A stretch of DNA of 64,000 nt from an uncultured virus (IMG/VR IMGVR_UViG_3300042516_002158) (IMGVR_UViG_3300042516_002158), one strand, 5' to 3'. Shown: positions 6,730 to 16,837, numbered from the stretch's first letter. Notes: generated by a model not told the origin, from the letters alone. Numbers and translations are program-made.

Positions 6730-8557
6730 ATGCTACTTCACCACTTAAATCTGTGTTATCTTCTAACTCAATCACTTGTGATAAATCTACATCATGCAGA
6801 ACTTTCATTAATTCTTCATACTTTTCTTTTGTACAATCTTCAAATGGTGCTTGAATGTAAGTTCCACCATCGTAAGGTAATACTGAAAGTCCGTTGTAAT
6901 ATTCTTTATTTTCCCACATCCACTCACCAACTGCAATCCACTCATGTTCTCTAATAGAAACCGTTGCAGATACATTGTGTGAATTGTTTCCGTTTCTGTG
7001 ACCTGGTTTAATCCACTCACTATGAACTCTTTTAACTCTCTCTAATAATTGAATTGGAGATTCAGTTCTAAAGATTGCATCCGATGGTGCTTTTTGTGGA
7101 ATACCAATTACCGCAGTATCATGTGGTCTAAAGTATTCATCTTCTACTAATTCAGGATGATTTAATAATAAATAATTGTAGATTGATTCGTTCTTACCTA
7201 CTCTTACTCTACGAATATAGTAATCATTATGCCAAGCGTGAATACCACTACTTGTACCTAATGTTAATGAGGTTGTTCCTGCTGGTTTAACCGTTGTAGT
7301 TCTTGCTGAATGATTGATACCTAAGATATCTGCTACTCTTTTATTTTCCTCTTTTACAACTTTTGCCGCTTCTTTCATATTCATTTTCAAAACTGCACCA
7401 CTTCCGATACCTGTCATAGATACACCAATAAGTGCATCTTTTTCAGTTGTTCTTTGCCAGATTGGACGAAGATAGTGGAAATCAGTATAACCTGCTTGTA
7501 ATGTTCCGATGAATGATGCTGCTTTTACTCTTGCATTTAAATCATCCTGGTCAATTACATCACTTACATTCACTTCACATAAGTTACAAAATTGGAAAGG
7601 TCTTAATGCAATTTCACAACATGGGTTAGTTCCCCAATCTTTGTCGTTTGATAAGTAGATACCAGGCTCACCTGCTCCACTTGCTTCAATTCTTTTCCAT
7701 AAGTCCATAAAATACGATTTGTCAATTTTATGTCTCATTAATACTGCTGAGTTATTTGCTCTACCTCTTTGTGGATTTGTTTCCCACCATGCACCACTCT
7801 TACAACTAATCATTTGTTCGTCATTTGCAGAGAACAAAGAAATCAATGCTGCTCTACGGATACCACCTGCCAATACTGCATCTGCAATATGGCACACAAT
7901 ATCATGAACTTCAATTGGTTTTAATTTATCACCATCTTTCTTTGAATCTAAGATACCTTCAATCTTAATCAAACATTCTTTTAGGGGTTGAGGTCCTGGT
8001 GCTTTACCACCACTTGTAATTAAACGAGCACCTTTAGCTCTAATATCTCTAAAATCAAATACTGGCTTTGAACCACCAAAGAAATATGATTTTACTAATA
8101 CTGAAATTGAATCCGCCCATCCTTCGATAGAATCTCCAATAAGAAATCTACGAGTTTTGTCTGCATTTGGTTTTCTAATTTCAGGCAATGCATCTACATG
8201 ATGTTTTTGTACTGAATATCCTACACCTGTTCCACCTAAAAGTAGGAACATAATTTCTGAAAATACTCTCCAATCATCAATCGGTGCAAATGCACAATTG
8301 TAGATTCTATTTGGTGACATTTCAATTGGTTTACCGGCGAACTGCATTGAACGCATTGATGGTAAAACTTTCTTGTCATAAACGAATTTATACGTTTCTC
8401 TAATTTCTTGCTCTAAATTTGGATACGTTTTAATATGCATATTCATATTTCTAGTAACCAATTCGTCCCATGTTTCTCTCCTTTTTAATTCCGGTTGATA
8501 TTTTGCGTATTTCATATACACCGTAATGTCCGAAAGGATTCTTTGTGAAATGTCCAT
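6701..8557 (-). CDS. nrdJ: Class II (adenosylcobalamin-dependent) ribonucleotide reductase
   Basis: TNPCCEI, VKPAGT, C-terminal CAGGAC; no adjacent beta subunit. Confidence 0.88.
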   Translation of the reverse strand: MDISQRILSDITVYMKYAKYQPELKRRETWDELVTRNMNMHIKTYPNLEQEIRETYKFVYDKKVLPSMRSMQFAGKPIEMSPNRIYNCAFAPIDDWRVFSEIMFLLLGGTGVGYSVQKHHVDALPEIRKPNADKTRRFLIGDSIEGWADSISVLVKSYFFGGSKPVFDFRDIRAKGARLITSGGKAPGPQPLKECLIKIEGILDSKKDGDKLKPIEVHDIVCHIADAVLAGGIRRAALISLFSANDEQMISCKSGAWWETNPQRGRANNSAVLMRHKIDKSYFMDLWKRIEASGAGEPGIYLSNDKDWGTNPCCEIALRPFQFCNLCEVNVSDVIDQDDLNARVKAASFIGTLQAGYTDFHYLRPIWQRTTEKDALIGVSMTGIGSGAVLKMNMKEAAKVVKEENKRVADILGINHSARTTTVKPAGTTSLTLGTSSGIHAWHNDYYIRRVRVGKNESIYNYLLLNHPELVEDEYFRPHDTAVIGIPQKAPSDAIFRTESPIQLLERVKRVHSEWIKPGHRNGNNSHNVSATVSIREHEWIAVGEWMWENKEYYNGLSVLPYDGGTYIQAPFEDCTKEKYEELMKVLHDVDLSQVIELEDNTDLSGEVACAGGACEVK

Positions 8558-8713
8558 TTTTTTGTAATTTTTTGTAAGATTAATAAATAAAACTTTTTTC
8601 GATAAAAGTGTGAAAAGTAATTATAACTATCGGTATATTCATATATAGATACCAATTTTGGATAAAAAAAACCTACTTTTTTTCATATTTTTTTTCACAT
8701 TGTTTTATACTTA

Positions 8714-10072
8714 TTAACCCATATTTTCAATATATTTTTTATGCAAAAGTTTCTTTTCTAAGTTACTTCCATTATTAGATTCCTTTTGGGCCATCACACC
8801 ATCCGATGATTGTGGTTCAAATACATCTATCAATCCAACCATAGTATCCATTTTCGCAGGGAATGTTAATCCATCTGCTCCAAAACGATTTTTCATAACG
8901 TGAAACCTTGCTGTGTTACTTAATTTATCTTTTGCTTTTCTACTTACACTCATAATGAAATCTGCTGTCATTACTTTTGCATAAGAATCGGCAATTGAAT
9001 CAGCTTGAATAACTTCGAAATCAATTGCTGAACGATTTGTTTGTGATGCTGTCCAAATTGGAACACCTAACTCACCACTCAATCCTCTAATTTCTTCATA
9101 CACACCACCTAATTCTGCGTATGTACTATCTCTTTTGTTTACCGGCTTTAATAAATCCGCATAATCTATGATAATTAAATCTGGTTTAAATCCAAATCCT
9201 TTGTACTTATCTAAATGTGCTTTGATTGTTTTAGTACTTGCTCCTCTCGGTGGATAATATTTCACCATTAGATTTGCTTTGTGGTTTTTAAGTTTAGCTA
9301 CAACTTCTTCCTTTCTATCTCTTAATTCGTTAGATGGAATACCAGTCATAATAGTGTCGTATCTTGTTCCCGCATAGATTTCGGATAGCTCTAAAGTATA
9401 ATGCATCACATTGTAACCTGCTCTTACCGCATCGGCTGCAATTTTGCACAATACCCAAGTCTTACCCACACCACTCGGTGCTACAATTACTCCCAATTCA
9501 CCTGGTCCTAAACCTCCATCCATTAATTCATTGATAGGTTTCCATCCAGTTGGTACTGAACTTCTCTTTGTAACTTCCATTCTCATTGCAATATCCTTAT
9601 AGTAATCATGTCCTAAATTGTTTTCCATTCCCGCCCTTAATGCGTTCTGAACTACAACTCCTATCTCATCCCAACTTTTTTCGGATTTGATTAGGTCTAC
9701 TGATTGAAATATTGCGGCTTTTAGTTTCTGAAACTTTGAGAATTTAATGAATTCTTGTTTTACAAACTCCATATCCTCTGCACCGAATACATCATAGATT
9801 TGTTTGATTCTATCTACGATTTGTTTCTTTTGTGATTCGGAACTTAGAGATGATAACTTTACTTTGAATACATCAAGAGTAGGTGCAGCGAATTGTTTAC
9901 TTTGGTAATCCAAAATAGATTCAATAATCCACTTATCCTGTTCACTCTCAAAATAATCCTTACTAGTAATTTCTGAAACTTGGTTAAGAAATGGTAGGTC
10001 GGATAATAATGCAGCTATGACTTTAGATTGGTACGATTGTCCAAATTTTTCTAATGTGTCTACTGCTTGCAT
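8714..10072 (-). CDS. Replicative DnaB/gp41-like helicase
   Basis: APSGVGKT, IIIDYAD, TASQTNR, KNRFG. Confidence 0.92.
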   Translation of the reverse strand: MQAVDTLEKFGQSYQSKVIAALLSDLPFLNQVSEITSKDYFESEQDKWIIESILDYQSKQFAAPTLDVFKVKLSSLSSESQKKQIVDRIKQIYDVFGAEDMEFVKQEFIKFSKFQKLKAAIFQSVDLIKSEKSWDEIGVVVQNALRAGMENNLGHDYYKDIAMRMEVTKRSSVPTGWKPINELMDGGLGPGELGVIVAPSGVGKTWVLCKIAADAVRAGYNVMHYTLELSEIYAGTRYDTIMTGIPSNELRDRKEEVVAKLKNHKANLMVKYYPPRGASTKTIKAHLDKYKGFGFKPDLIIIDYADLLKPVNKRDSTYAELGGVYEEIRGLSGELGVPIWTASQTNRSAIDFEVIQADSIADSYAKVMTADFIMSVSRKAKDKLSNTARFHVMKNRFGADGLTFPAKMDTMVGLIDVFEPQSSDGVMAQKESNNGSNLEKKLLHKKYIENMG

Positions 10073-10224
10073 TATTTACTTTCTTTTTCTTCTTTTTTAG
10101 ATGGTCTTACTTCTGCTTTCCATTCACTCTTAGGAATGAATTTCCATTCACTTGTTGCGTTGTAAGCTTCTTTGTTTGATACTCTGATAATTTTACCAGT
10201 CTTTGTACTTTTTAAACATTTCAT
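10072..10224 (-). CDS. Small basic hypothetical protein (50 aa), not in ORF track
   Basis: MKCLKSTKTGKIIRVSNKEAYNATSEWKFIPKSEWKAEVR...; TAATG overlap with helicase start. Confidence 0.7.
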   Translation of the reverse strand: MKCLKSTKTGKIIRVSNKEAYNATSEWKFIPKSEWKAEVRPSKKEEKESK

Positions 10225-10250
10225 AGGTTTGTTTCCTCCATGTATTTTTT

Positions 10251-11279
10251 TTATTTATGTAATTTGGCGAATGTACTTTGAATCCAACTATTAACATCAC
10301 CGAATGAATTAATAGTTCGCATTCCCATTGCCTTTTTAATGAATCCTAATTTATCCAATTTTGCTGAATTATCCAAATATTTTTGGTTAATTGTTAATTT
10401 CTTATTAGAAGGTATATCTGGATCGGATAATTGCATTAGTTTAAAATTTCTTTCTACTAATTTTTTACCATCTAATATTTTGTCATAGATTTTGTTTTCA
10501 CTTCTGCGTTCTTCACATAGTTCAAACATTTTATCTATCGTAAGTTCTGTTTCCTCAACCACCTCTGGAAATCTCTTAACAATAGTCTTAAGCCCACACC
10601 CAGAAATACCATCAATGTTATCGGACTTATCACCATCAAGAGTACGATAAACCATAAAATTTGAGGGATGAACACCATACTCATCCAAAACCAATTTCGT
10701 ATCGTAAACTTTCTTTTTTGTTGGGGAATAAACTGTGACTCTTTCATTTACTAATTGTAGGAAATCTTTATCGGCACTCATAATAACTGCCAATTCATCC
10801 TCTTTTAAAAGTTGTGATGCAATATAGCCCATAACATCATCTGCTTCAATGTTATCGTATAACATTATTTCCACCGGTAGGTACTCTAGCAGTTCGATTA
10901 AACCAATCATTTGTCGTTTCATAGATACACCCTCTTCTTCTTTATTCATCAAATCTGAGTATGCTCTATTCACTCTAAAACGATTGTTACCTCTATTCTC
11001 TTTGTAACCACTAAATAAATCCTTTCTACTTTTAGAACCACCTTTACCATCAAATACAATAATACAACGAGTTGCATTTTGTTCTCTAATAGCAAACCCA
11101 ATTCCTTTTAAGAATCCAACGATACCACCAATGTGGTCTCCGTTATCATCCATAGTAGGATTTACTGTCCAACTTCTTATAAAGGTATTAAGACCATCAA
11201 CAATTAATACCTTTTCTTTTCCTAATTGCTGATGGTCTTTCTCTACCTCGTTTAGTAACTTTTTGTATGTTTCGTTCAT
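10251..11279 (-). CDS. 5'-3' exonuclease / RNase H (PolI N-terminal, FEN-like)
   Basis: LIVDG, FDG, EADD, SADKDFLQL, GDKSDNI. Confidence 0.92.
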   Translation of the reverse strand: MNETYKKLLNEVEKDHQQLGKEKVLIVDGLNTFIRSWTVNPTMDDNGDHIGGIVGFLKGIGFAIREQNATRCIIVFDGKGGSKSRKDLFSGYKENRGNNRFRVNRAYSDLMNKEEEGVSMKRQMIGLIELLEYLPVEIMLYDNIEADDVMGYIASQLLKEDELAVIMSADKDFLQLVNERVTVYSPTKKKVYDTKLVLDEYGVHPSNFMVYRTLDGDKSDNIDGISGCGLKTIVKRFPEVVEETELTIDKMFELCEERRSENKIYDKILDGKKLVERNFKLMQLSDPDIPSNKKLTINQKYLDNSAKLDKLGFIKKAMGMRTINSFGDVNSWIQSTFAKLHK

Positions 11280-11285
11280 AAACCT

Positions 11286-12407
11286 TTATTCTGTTTCGAT
11301 ATCTGGTTCTGGTATTTCACCACCACTATCATATGTAATTTCATCCGGATCAATTCCTTCCTTCTTATATTGTAAGATTGTTGATTCACAAATCTTTCTA
11401 TAAATTTGGTCTCTTAATTCATCTCTAACTCCCATCATCTGAATAAAATCTTTTGATTGGAATTTAATAACTTCACCAGTATCAGTGTCAATGTATTCGT
11501 ACCATGCCCCACCTTGCTTAACTAATTTGTTATCTTTCATCACCTTTAACCATCCACCGAAATTATCAATACCTCTATCAAAGAATATATCAAAATCTGC
11601 TGAACGTAATGGTGGTCCTAATCTATTCTTAATAACCTGTGCTCTTACTTTGATACCAATGATTCTCTCACCTGCTTTAATCTGTCCCATATTCTTTAAA
11701 CGAATACGAACCGAAGCGTGGAATGCTAATGCTTTACCACCTGATGTAGTCCAAGGATCTCCGAACATAACACCTAACTTTTGTCGTAACTGATTAGTAA
11801 AGATAACTGATATTTTTTGTCTACCAATTACATTAGTAATCTTTCTCATTGCTTTTGAAATGATAATAGCTTTGTCAGTTGCGTAACCATCTTTATCATA
11901 ATCCGCATCCATCTCCTTTTTAGTTGATGCTGCGGCTACTGAATCGACTACGATTGTAACTAATCTATCTTTATCACCCTTACGAACTTTCTCTATGATT
12001 GTATCAATTGTTTCAAAAATATCTTCAACTGTGTCTACTGAAACGTATAACAATTTAGAAACATCTACTCCAATTGCATCAAAGAATTCTCTACTTACTG
12101 CGGTTTCGGTATCAATCAATACTGCTACCCCACCTTGCTTTTGAGTTTCAGCTAATAAGTGAGCTGATAAAAGTGATTTACCACTTTGTTCTAATCCGGT
12201 AATTTCCGTGATTCTTCCTACGGGTAAACCCCCATAAGGTCTATTAGAAATAGCAACATCTAACATTGCTGTTCCGGTGGAAACCCAACCTGGTACATTG
12301 GTTGGGGCTCCATCAGAATCATCATCCAAAAAGAAGGCAACCTTTTGGTCTTTCCACTTTTTGTTTAAACTGTCGGCTATTTCTTGTGCTAAGTCAATTT
12401 TAGCCAT
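11286..12407 (-). CDS. recA: RecA/UvsX recombinase
   Basis: GLEQSGKS, IDTE, VVDSVAA, TNQLR, GGKALAF. Confidence 0.93.
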   Translation of the reverse strand: MAKIDLAQEIADSLNKKWKDQKVAFFLDDDSDGAPTNVPGWVSTGTAMLDVAISNRPYGGLPVGRITEITGLEQSGKSLLSAHLLAETQKQGGVAVLIDTETAVSREFFDAIGVDVSKLLYVSVDTVEDIFETIDTIIEKVRKGDKDRLVTIVVDSVAAASTKKEMDADYDKDGYATDKAIIISKAMRKITNVIGRQKISVIFTNQLRQKLGVMFGDPWTTSGGKALAFHASVRIRLKNMGQIKAGERIIGIKVRAQVIKNRLGPPLRSADFDIFFDRGIDNFGGWLKVMKDNKLVKQGGAWYEYIDTDTGEVIKFQSKDFIQMMGVRDELRDQIYRKICESTILQYKKEGIDPDEITYDSGGEIPEPDIETE

Positions 12408-12412
12408 AATAA

Positions 12413-13270
12413 TTATGAATTAAATAAATCATCAAATGCTGCTGCCACATCTACTTTAGGTGCTGGTGCAGGTGTTTCTTCATCCCAAGGTAAATCGTTA
12501 ATGATACCGGTACCACCAATTTCAGGTGCCGCATCTTTACTTACCAATTGTTCTTCAACTTTCTTTGGTTGAGGAGCTAATGTTTGTTGAGATACTGAAG
12601 GAGTTGGGTTTTCATCTTCAACTACTGCAGTTGGATTTAACCAATTTTCTAACACAGTCTTTAATTCTGCATAAGATAATTCCGAATAGATATCTGTAAT
12701 ATCAGTTTGTTCATCTAATAATTTAGATGCGATTGCAGAATTATCATGTAATAAAGATACATTTGGTTTTACTCTGATTCGAGTTTCAGGATATGTTTTA
12801 CCTGCTTCTTCTACAATTTCAATAACAATATCTCTACCATTTGTTTCATCAGTAATATCACCGTAATCAGGATCAGCTACGATAGCTAAAATTTCTTGAT
12901 ACACAGTCTTACCAAATCCCCAAAATTTAACACCCTCATTTTCTTGACCTCTTACGATAATCGGTGCGAATGTTCTTAACTTTGGTTCCATTTTCTTACC
13001 CGCTTTCCAATTCTCAGTATCACCTAATTTCTTAAGTTTCTCTGCGAACTCTAAAATTGGGTCAGGTCTTCCAAAAGAAGCTGGACTCAAATAAGTTTTG
13101 TTGTTAATGTTGTAGTGAAATAACAATTCAATGAAAGGATTTTCTTTATTGAATTTGTAAGGTACGATACGAACTTGGTATTTACCAGGTTTGGTTTTCC
13201 ACAATGAGTCCGTTTTCTTCGAAGTGTTTTGCAACGAATTAAGACGTTGCTTGATTGCATTAATGTTCAT
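12413..13270 (-). CDS. Single-stranded DNA-binding protein (gp32-like)
   Basis: Position next to recA; aromatic OB core; acidic tail AAAFDDLFNS. Confidence 0.8.
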   Translation of the reverse strand: MNINAIKQRLNSLQNTSKKTDSLWKTKPGKYQVRIVPYKFNKENPFIELLFHYNINNKTYLSPASFGRPDPILEFAEKLKKLGDTENWKAGKKMEPKLRTFAPIIVRGQENEGVKFWGFGKTVYQEILAIVADPDYGDITDETNGRDIVIEIVEEAGKTYPETRIRVKPNVSLLHDNSAIASKLLDEQTDITDIYSELSYAELKTVLENWLNPTAVVEDENPTPSVSQQTLAPQPKKVEEQLVSKDAAPEIGGTGIINDLPWDEETPAPAPKVDVAAAFDDLFNS

Positions 13271-13340
13271 GCTGTTTTTGTTTTAAGTTTTAAAAATTGT
13301 TTGTTTTAAGTTTTAAGATTATCGCGATTTAATCTCACGT
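13271..13340 (-). promoter_or_regulatory. Candidate SSB translational autoregulation leader
   Basis: GAGATTA/TAATCTT hairpin followed by TTAAAACTTAAAACAAA twice up to the ATG. Confidence 0.45.
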
Positions 13341-13371
13341 ATAAATATCGATTTTCTTAATTCCTATACAA

Positions 13372-13403
13372 TAAAGATACGATAATTATTTGAAACTACC
13401 AAA
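13372..13403 (-). promoter_or_regulatory. Bacteroidota-type promoter
   Basis: TTTG-N20-TATCTTTA. Confidence 0.6.
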
Positions 13404-13405
13404 TA

Positions 13406-13654
13406 TTATAGGGAATTATATATGCCAATGACTCCAACGATTAGCCAAAAGATATTGAGTAAAATATAAGGTCTATTATCTCTTTCCCATGCACAATAAG
13501 TTAATATTAGTGCATCAATACTATTCCATACCCACATCCAAAAGAATGGAGTATCCTTTCCCATTATAGATAACATACCAAATGCCATTATTCGCATAAC
13601 AACACCTATTCCTTCTAATAATTCTAATAATTTTTCTGATTTAATTAGTTTCAT
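13406..13654 (-). CDS. Small membrane protein
   Basis: Three hydrophobic segments. Confidence 0.65.
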   Translation of the reverse strand: MKLIKSEKLLELLEGIGVVMRIMAFGMLSIMGKDTPFFWMWVWNSIDALILTYCAWERDNRPYILLNIFWLIVGVIGIYNSL

Positions 13655-13949
13655 TTTGTAAATTTTTTATCTTTCTTTCTAAATAAAATACCGCTTTCTT
13701 CAAATCCTCTAGTTCTTTTTGAGGGTCTTTTTTACCTGCTCTTGCTATATATTTTGCTACATTAAATAGGTATGCATCCTTGTCTAATCCCCATGCTTCA
13801 CATACTTTAATTACTTCGTATGGATTGTCTACTCCTCCGTAATGTTTAGGGCCATTGACCATCTCCGTTTCTTTACGAATTGGTATTGTGTATTCGGGTG
13901 TTCCTGAAAATGAGTATTCTTCTTTACTAATTTTTGGTTTTGCTGGCAT
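13641..13949 (-). CDS. DUF3310 family (T7 gp1.7-like) protein
   Basis: VNGPKHY...NVAKYIARAGKK...EDLKKAVFYL. Confidence 0.8.
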   Translation of the reverse strand: MPAKPKISKEEYSFSGTPEYTIPIRKETEMVNGPKHYGGVDNPYEVIKVCEAWGLDKDAYLFNVAKYIARAGKKDPQKELEDLKKAVFYLERKIKNLQNETN

Positions 13950-13980
13950 ATAACTTATTTTTTTAATCTGTATTTATAGA

Positions 13981-14601
13981 TTATATTAATGTTTTTTTAA
14001 AATTTTCTATTGGTGTTAGCCTAAACCAATTAACCAATGAGTATCTAGTTCCTGATATTACCGGTTTTACTCTATGTGTTAAGTGTGAATAAAAAATAAA
14101 TAGATTACCCAATCCCTTTTCTAATGTTATTTCATTATCATCTTTATCTTTTATTTGTAATTCACCTCCTGTATATTCTTCATTTAATTGTATAACCATT
14201 GAACAATATCTTTCTTGATAGATTCCCTCTGCAGAATCTTCGTGCCAATTATAATATCCGTCTGTTGTGTATTCTGTAAATTGAAATTGATTATTCGTAA
14301 AATCAATATTATAACCTTTTACATTTACTTCTTTTTTAAAAATATTAATTAATTTTTCATTTAAATTTGGAAAATCTAAACTATAATCATAGAAAAATAT
14401 ATTTGATTTTCTACTTTTTAGATTCAAACCATTGTCCCCACCTACCAATGCTGGTTTCAATTCTTTGGTTAATGAAAATTGTAACAAATCTTCACATTCT
14501 TTTTTTGATAGAAAATTTGGTATAGTAGTATAGTTTATCATTATAATAATGTTTTTATTTTTTAAGTCCGTACTTAATCCATTTATACCAAACTCTTTCA
14601 T
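13981..14601 (-). CDS. 2OG-Fe(II) oxygenase; true start probably internal (~14540)
   Basis: YNWHED, YTGGEL, HRVKPV, RYSLV. Confidence 0.85.
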   Translation of the reverse strand: MKEFGINGLSTDLKNKNIIIMINYTTIPNFLSKKECEDLLQFSLTKELKPALVGGDNGLNLKSRKSNIFFYDYSLDFPNLNEKLINIFKKEVNVKGYNIDFTNNQFQFTEYTTDGYYNWHEDSAEGIYQERYCSMVIQLNEEYTGGELQIKDKDDNEITLEKGLGNLFIFYSHLTHRVKPVISGTRYSLVNWFRLTPIENFKKTLI

Positions 14602-14761
14602 GTAGATAATACTGAATTGGTTTGTAAATCAATTCTGCTACACCAAATGCGGCACCTACTTTTATTGAACCACTTATCCACCACATTAATAAGAATCCAA
14701 CTAAGGTACTTACAATTCGATATGAGATGGTTTTGGCAATATGTCTCTTAATCAACGGCAT
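14555..14761 (-). CDS. DUF2061-like membrane protein
   Basis: KTISYR...YYLHERVW. Confidence 0.75.
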   Translation of the reverse strand: MPLIKRHIAKTISYRIVSTLVGFLLMWWISGSIKVGAAFGVAELIYKPIQYYLHERVWYKWIKYGLKK

Positions 14762-15125
14762 ATTCTATAACATCTCCGTTGGAATCCATATAACCTTTTC
14801 TAATTTTAGTTCCACTAATCAATTCAACATCTGCAGGTGGTGGATGATTAATAACCTCATACCCTACACCTCTACCATAGTTTACTGATTCAATATCAGG
14901 AATAATACTTACTAAAATTTTATCTATATTTTCTTGAAAAAATGGTTCTTCCATTAAATCCATCATAACTTTGTAAGCTGATTTAGGATTACTTTCATCT
15001 TCTGGTACATCTCTAATTGCTACCCAAACATCCTTTCCTTTGTCTAATTGTTGACGAATTAACCATTCGTGTCCTGCGTGCCAAGTTTGCCATCTTCCGA
15101 TGAACATTGCGTATTTTCTTTTCAT
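14748..15125 (-). CDS. HxGH nucleotidyltransferase (cytidylyltransferase-like)
   Basis: FIGRWQTWHAGH; ISGTKIR. Confidence 0.8.
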   Translation of the reverse strand: MKRKYAMFIGRWQTWHAGHEWLIRQQLDKGKDVWVAIRDVPEDESNPKSAYKVMMDLMEEPFFQENIDKILVSIIPDIESVNYGRGVGYEVINHPPPADVELISGTKIRKGYMDSNGDVIEYAVD

Positions 15126-15146
15126 AACTCTAATTTACAATTTATT

Positions 15147-15593
15147 TTAATATAAACCTAATTTTTCTTTGATTTTCTCATAAGTTTCAAACGGTCTTTC
15201 ATCCGTAGTGTCTACATCAATGAAATTTTCTAAAGGTGGTTCGTAGTTTTCTACGTGAAAATGAGTTCTACCTCTATCATCCGAACAATGAACATATAAC
15301 TCTTTTAAATCCTTTCCTAATGTTTCTTTGAATGCTTCTCTTTGATCCCTATAAGGAGATACTAATGAAACTATAACATTATATTTCTTTTTATGTAGAA
15401 ATAATGCTAGATTCTGTGCTAGCTCTATGTTACGTCTTCTACCTGCTTCACTATAATCTTTGTTTTCAAATATTTCTCGTATATCATCACCATCAATTAC
15501 TTCAATTCTACTATTTAAACTACTAATACTTCTTAACCAACCTGCTAATACTGTCTTACCACTACCAGGTTGTCCGGTTAACCATATAATCAT
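15147..15593 (-). CDS. cysC: Adenylylsulfate kinase
   Basis: WLTGQPGSGKT, DGDDIR, SPY, YEPP. Confidence 0.85.
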   Translation of the reverse strand: MIIWLTGQPGSGKTVLAGWLRSISSLNSRIEVIDGDDIREIFENKDYSEAGRRRNIELAQNLALFLHKKKYNVIVSLVSPYRDQREAFKETLGKDLKELYVHCSDDRGRTHFHVENYEPPLENFIDVDTTDERPFETYEKIKEKLGLY

Positions 15594-15598
15594 ATTAT

Positions 15599-16096
15599 TT
15601 ATTTTTCAGTTTTCCAACCACCACCCTTAGCTTTGTAATTTTTTGCAGCCCATCCGTTTGCGTATGCTGAAGGATAAACATCAAACTTTCTTTTAGCTGC
15701 TGCTTTAGATGCTGCCCATTTTGCGGGGTCAGTTGGTACATTTTTTTCTAAGAATAAATTTATCTTTTCTTCCAATCCTTCACTAGCACCTGTTTTTACA
15801 AATGTAGGTTTTTGTCCTTTTTTTTGTTCACCACCTTTTTTTGCATCTCCTGCATCGGATTGTGCTGCTCTCTTTCTTTTTACAAATGATGCTATTCCAT
15901 CCTTACCTAATTTAGCCGCTTTCTCTTTTGATAAACAAGCTGCGTATGCATCACCCTCTTTACTATCACCACACTTACCAACTTTTTCACCTTTAGTATT
16001 GTATCTATCCCAACCACCACCGGTAGTTGAACCTTCTGGTCCTTTACCAAACCATTTACGAAGGTCTTCGGATAATAAATTTTTTAATCTAATCAT
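15599..16096 (-). CDS. Basic hypothetical protein, possible internal head protein
   Basis: N-terminal MIRLKNLLSE; YPSAYANGW motif. Confidence 0.6.
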   Translation of the reverse strand: MIRLKNLLSEDLRKWFGKGPEGSTTGGGWDRYNTKGEKVGKCGDSKEGDAYAACLSKEKAAKLGKDGIASFVKRKRAAQSDAGDAKKGGEQKKGQKPTFVKTGASEGLEEKINLFLEKNVPTDPAKWAASKAAAKRKFDVYPSAYANGWAAKNYKAKGGGWKTEK

Positions 16097-16421
16097 TTTT
16101 ATTATTCTTATCTCTAATTAATAATTCACCTAATACTTCTAAACGACCTACTTCTCTTTGAAATTCCATTTGTTCCATATCTAATGATATTTTACCAAAT
16201 GTTTCCCAATATTCTTTAATAGCTGATTCTTTATTGAATTTACCTTCAACTGCGTTTTTGTAGTAAGGTGCTTTAACTTTAAAATGTTCATAAGTTAATA
16301 AGGATAAACCACCCTTTTCTTCTGCAGTTGATGCAATCTTAGATGCACCCTTACCTCTAGTGGTTGCAAAACTTTCAAATGTTTCTTTTACTTCTTTTAA
16401 TAAACTTTTTAACTTAATCAT
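16089..16421 (-). CDS. Hypothetical protein, possible internal head protein
   Basis: N-terminal MIKLKSLLKE. Confidence 0.6.
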   Translation of the reverse strand: MIKLKSLLKEVKETFESFATTRGKGASKIASTAEEKGGLSLLTYEHFKVKAPYYKNAVEGKFNKESAIKEYWETFGKISLDMEQMEFQREVGRLEVLGELLIRDKNNKND

Positions 16422-16422
16422 A

Positions 16423-16821
16423 TTATTTATTTAAATCTATTACATCAAATACTCTAGTATAAATTTTCTTTACACCTTCTGTATTTGTAACTAAAATACA
16501 ATTTCTATAATGTTCCCAATCTACTTCAAATTTGTTATCTAATTGCCCACCCGTAGCTTCCATAATAACATTGTTCAATGCATTGATTGTATACAATGTA
16601 TTACTTTGTTTTTTTCTATGAACCAAAATAGTTTTCATTTCTAAGTTTGGTTGTTCATTTTCTACTACTACATTATAAGTTACAAACAATTCATTTGGAA
16701 TGTTTTTGTTTTGTAAAATATAAATGTAATTATATGCCAAAGTATAATTACTTTTTATTATTTCTATATGTTTATCTACATCGGTTTTTGTACTAAATGT
16801 ACATAATAACTGTGTTTTCAT
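16423..16821 (-). CDS. Hypothetical protein
   Basis: 132-aa ORF, tight gene packing. Confidence 0.7.
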   Translation of the reverse strand: MKTQLLCTFSTKTDVDKHIEIIKSNYTLAYNYIYILQNKNIPNELFVTYNVVVENEQPNLEMKTILVHRKKQSNTLYTINALNNVIMEATGGQLDNKFEVDWEHYRNCILVTNTEGVKKIYTRVFDVIDLNK

Positions 16822-16837
16822 TTTTTTGTTTCCTTAA

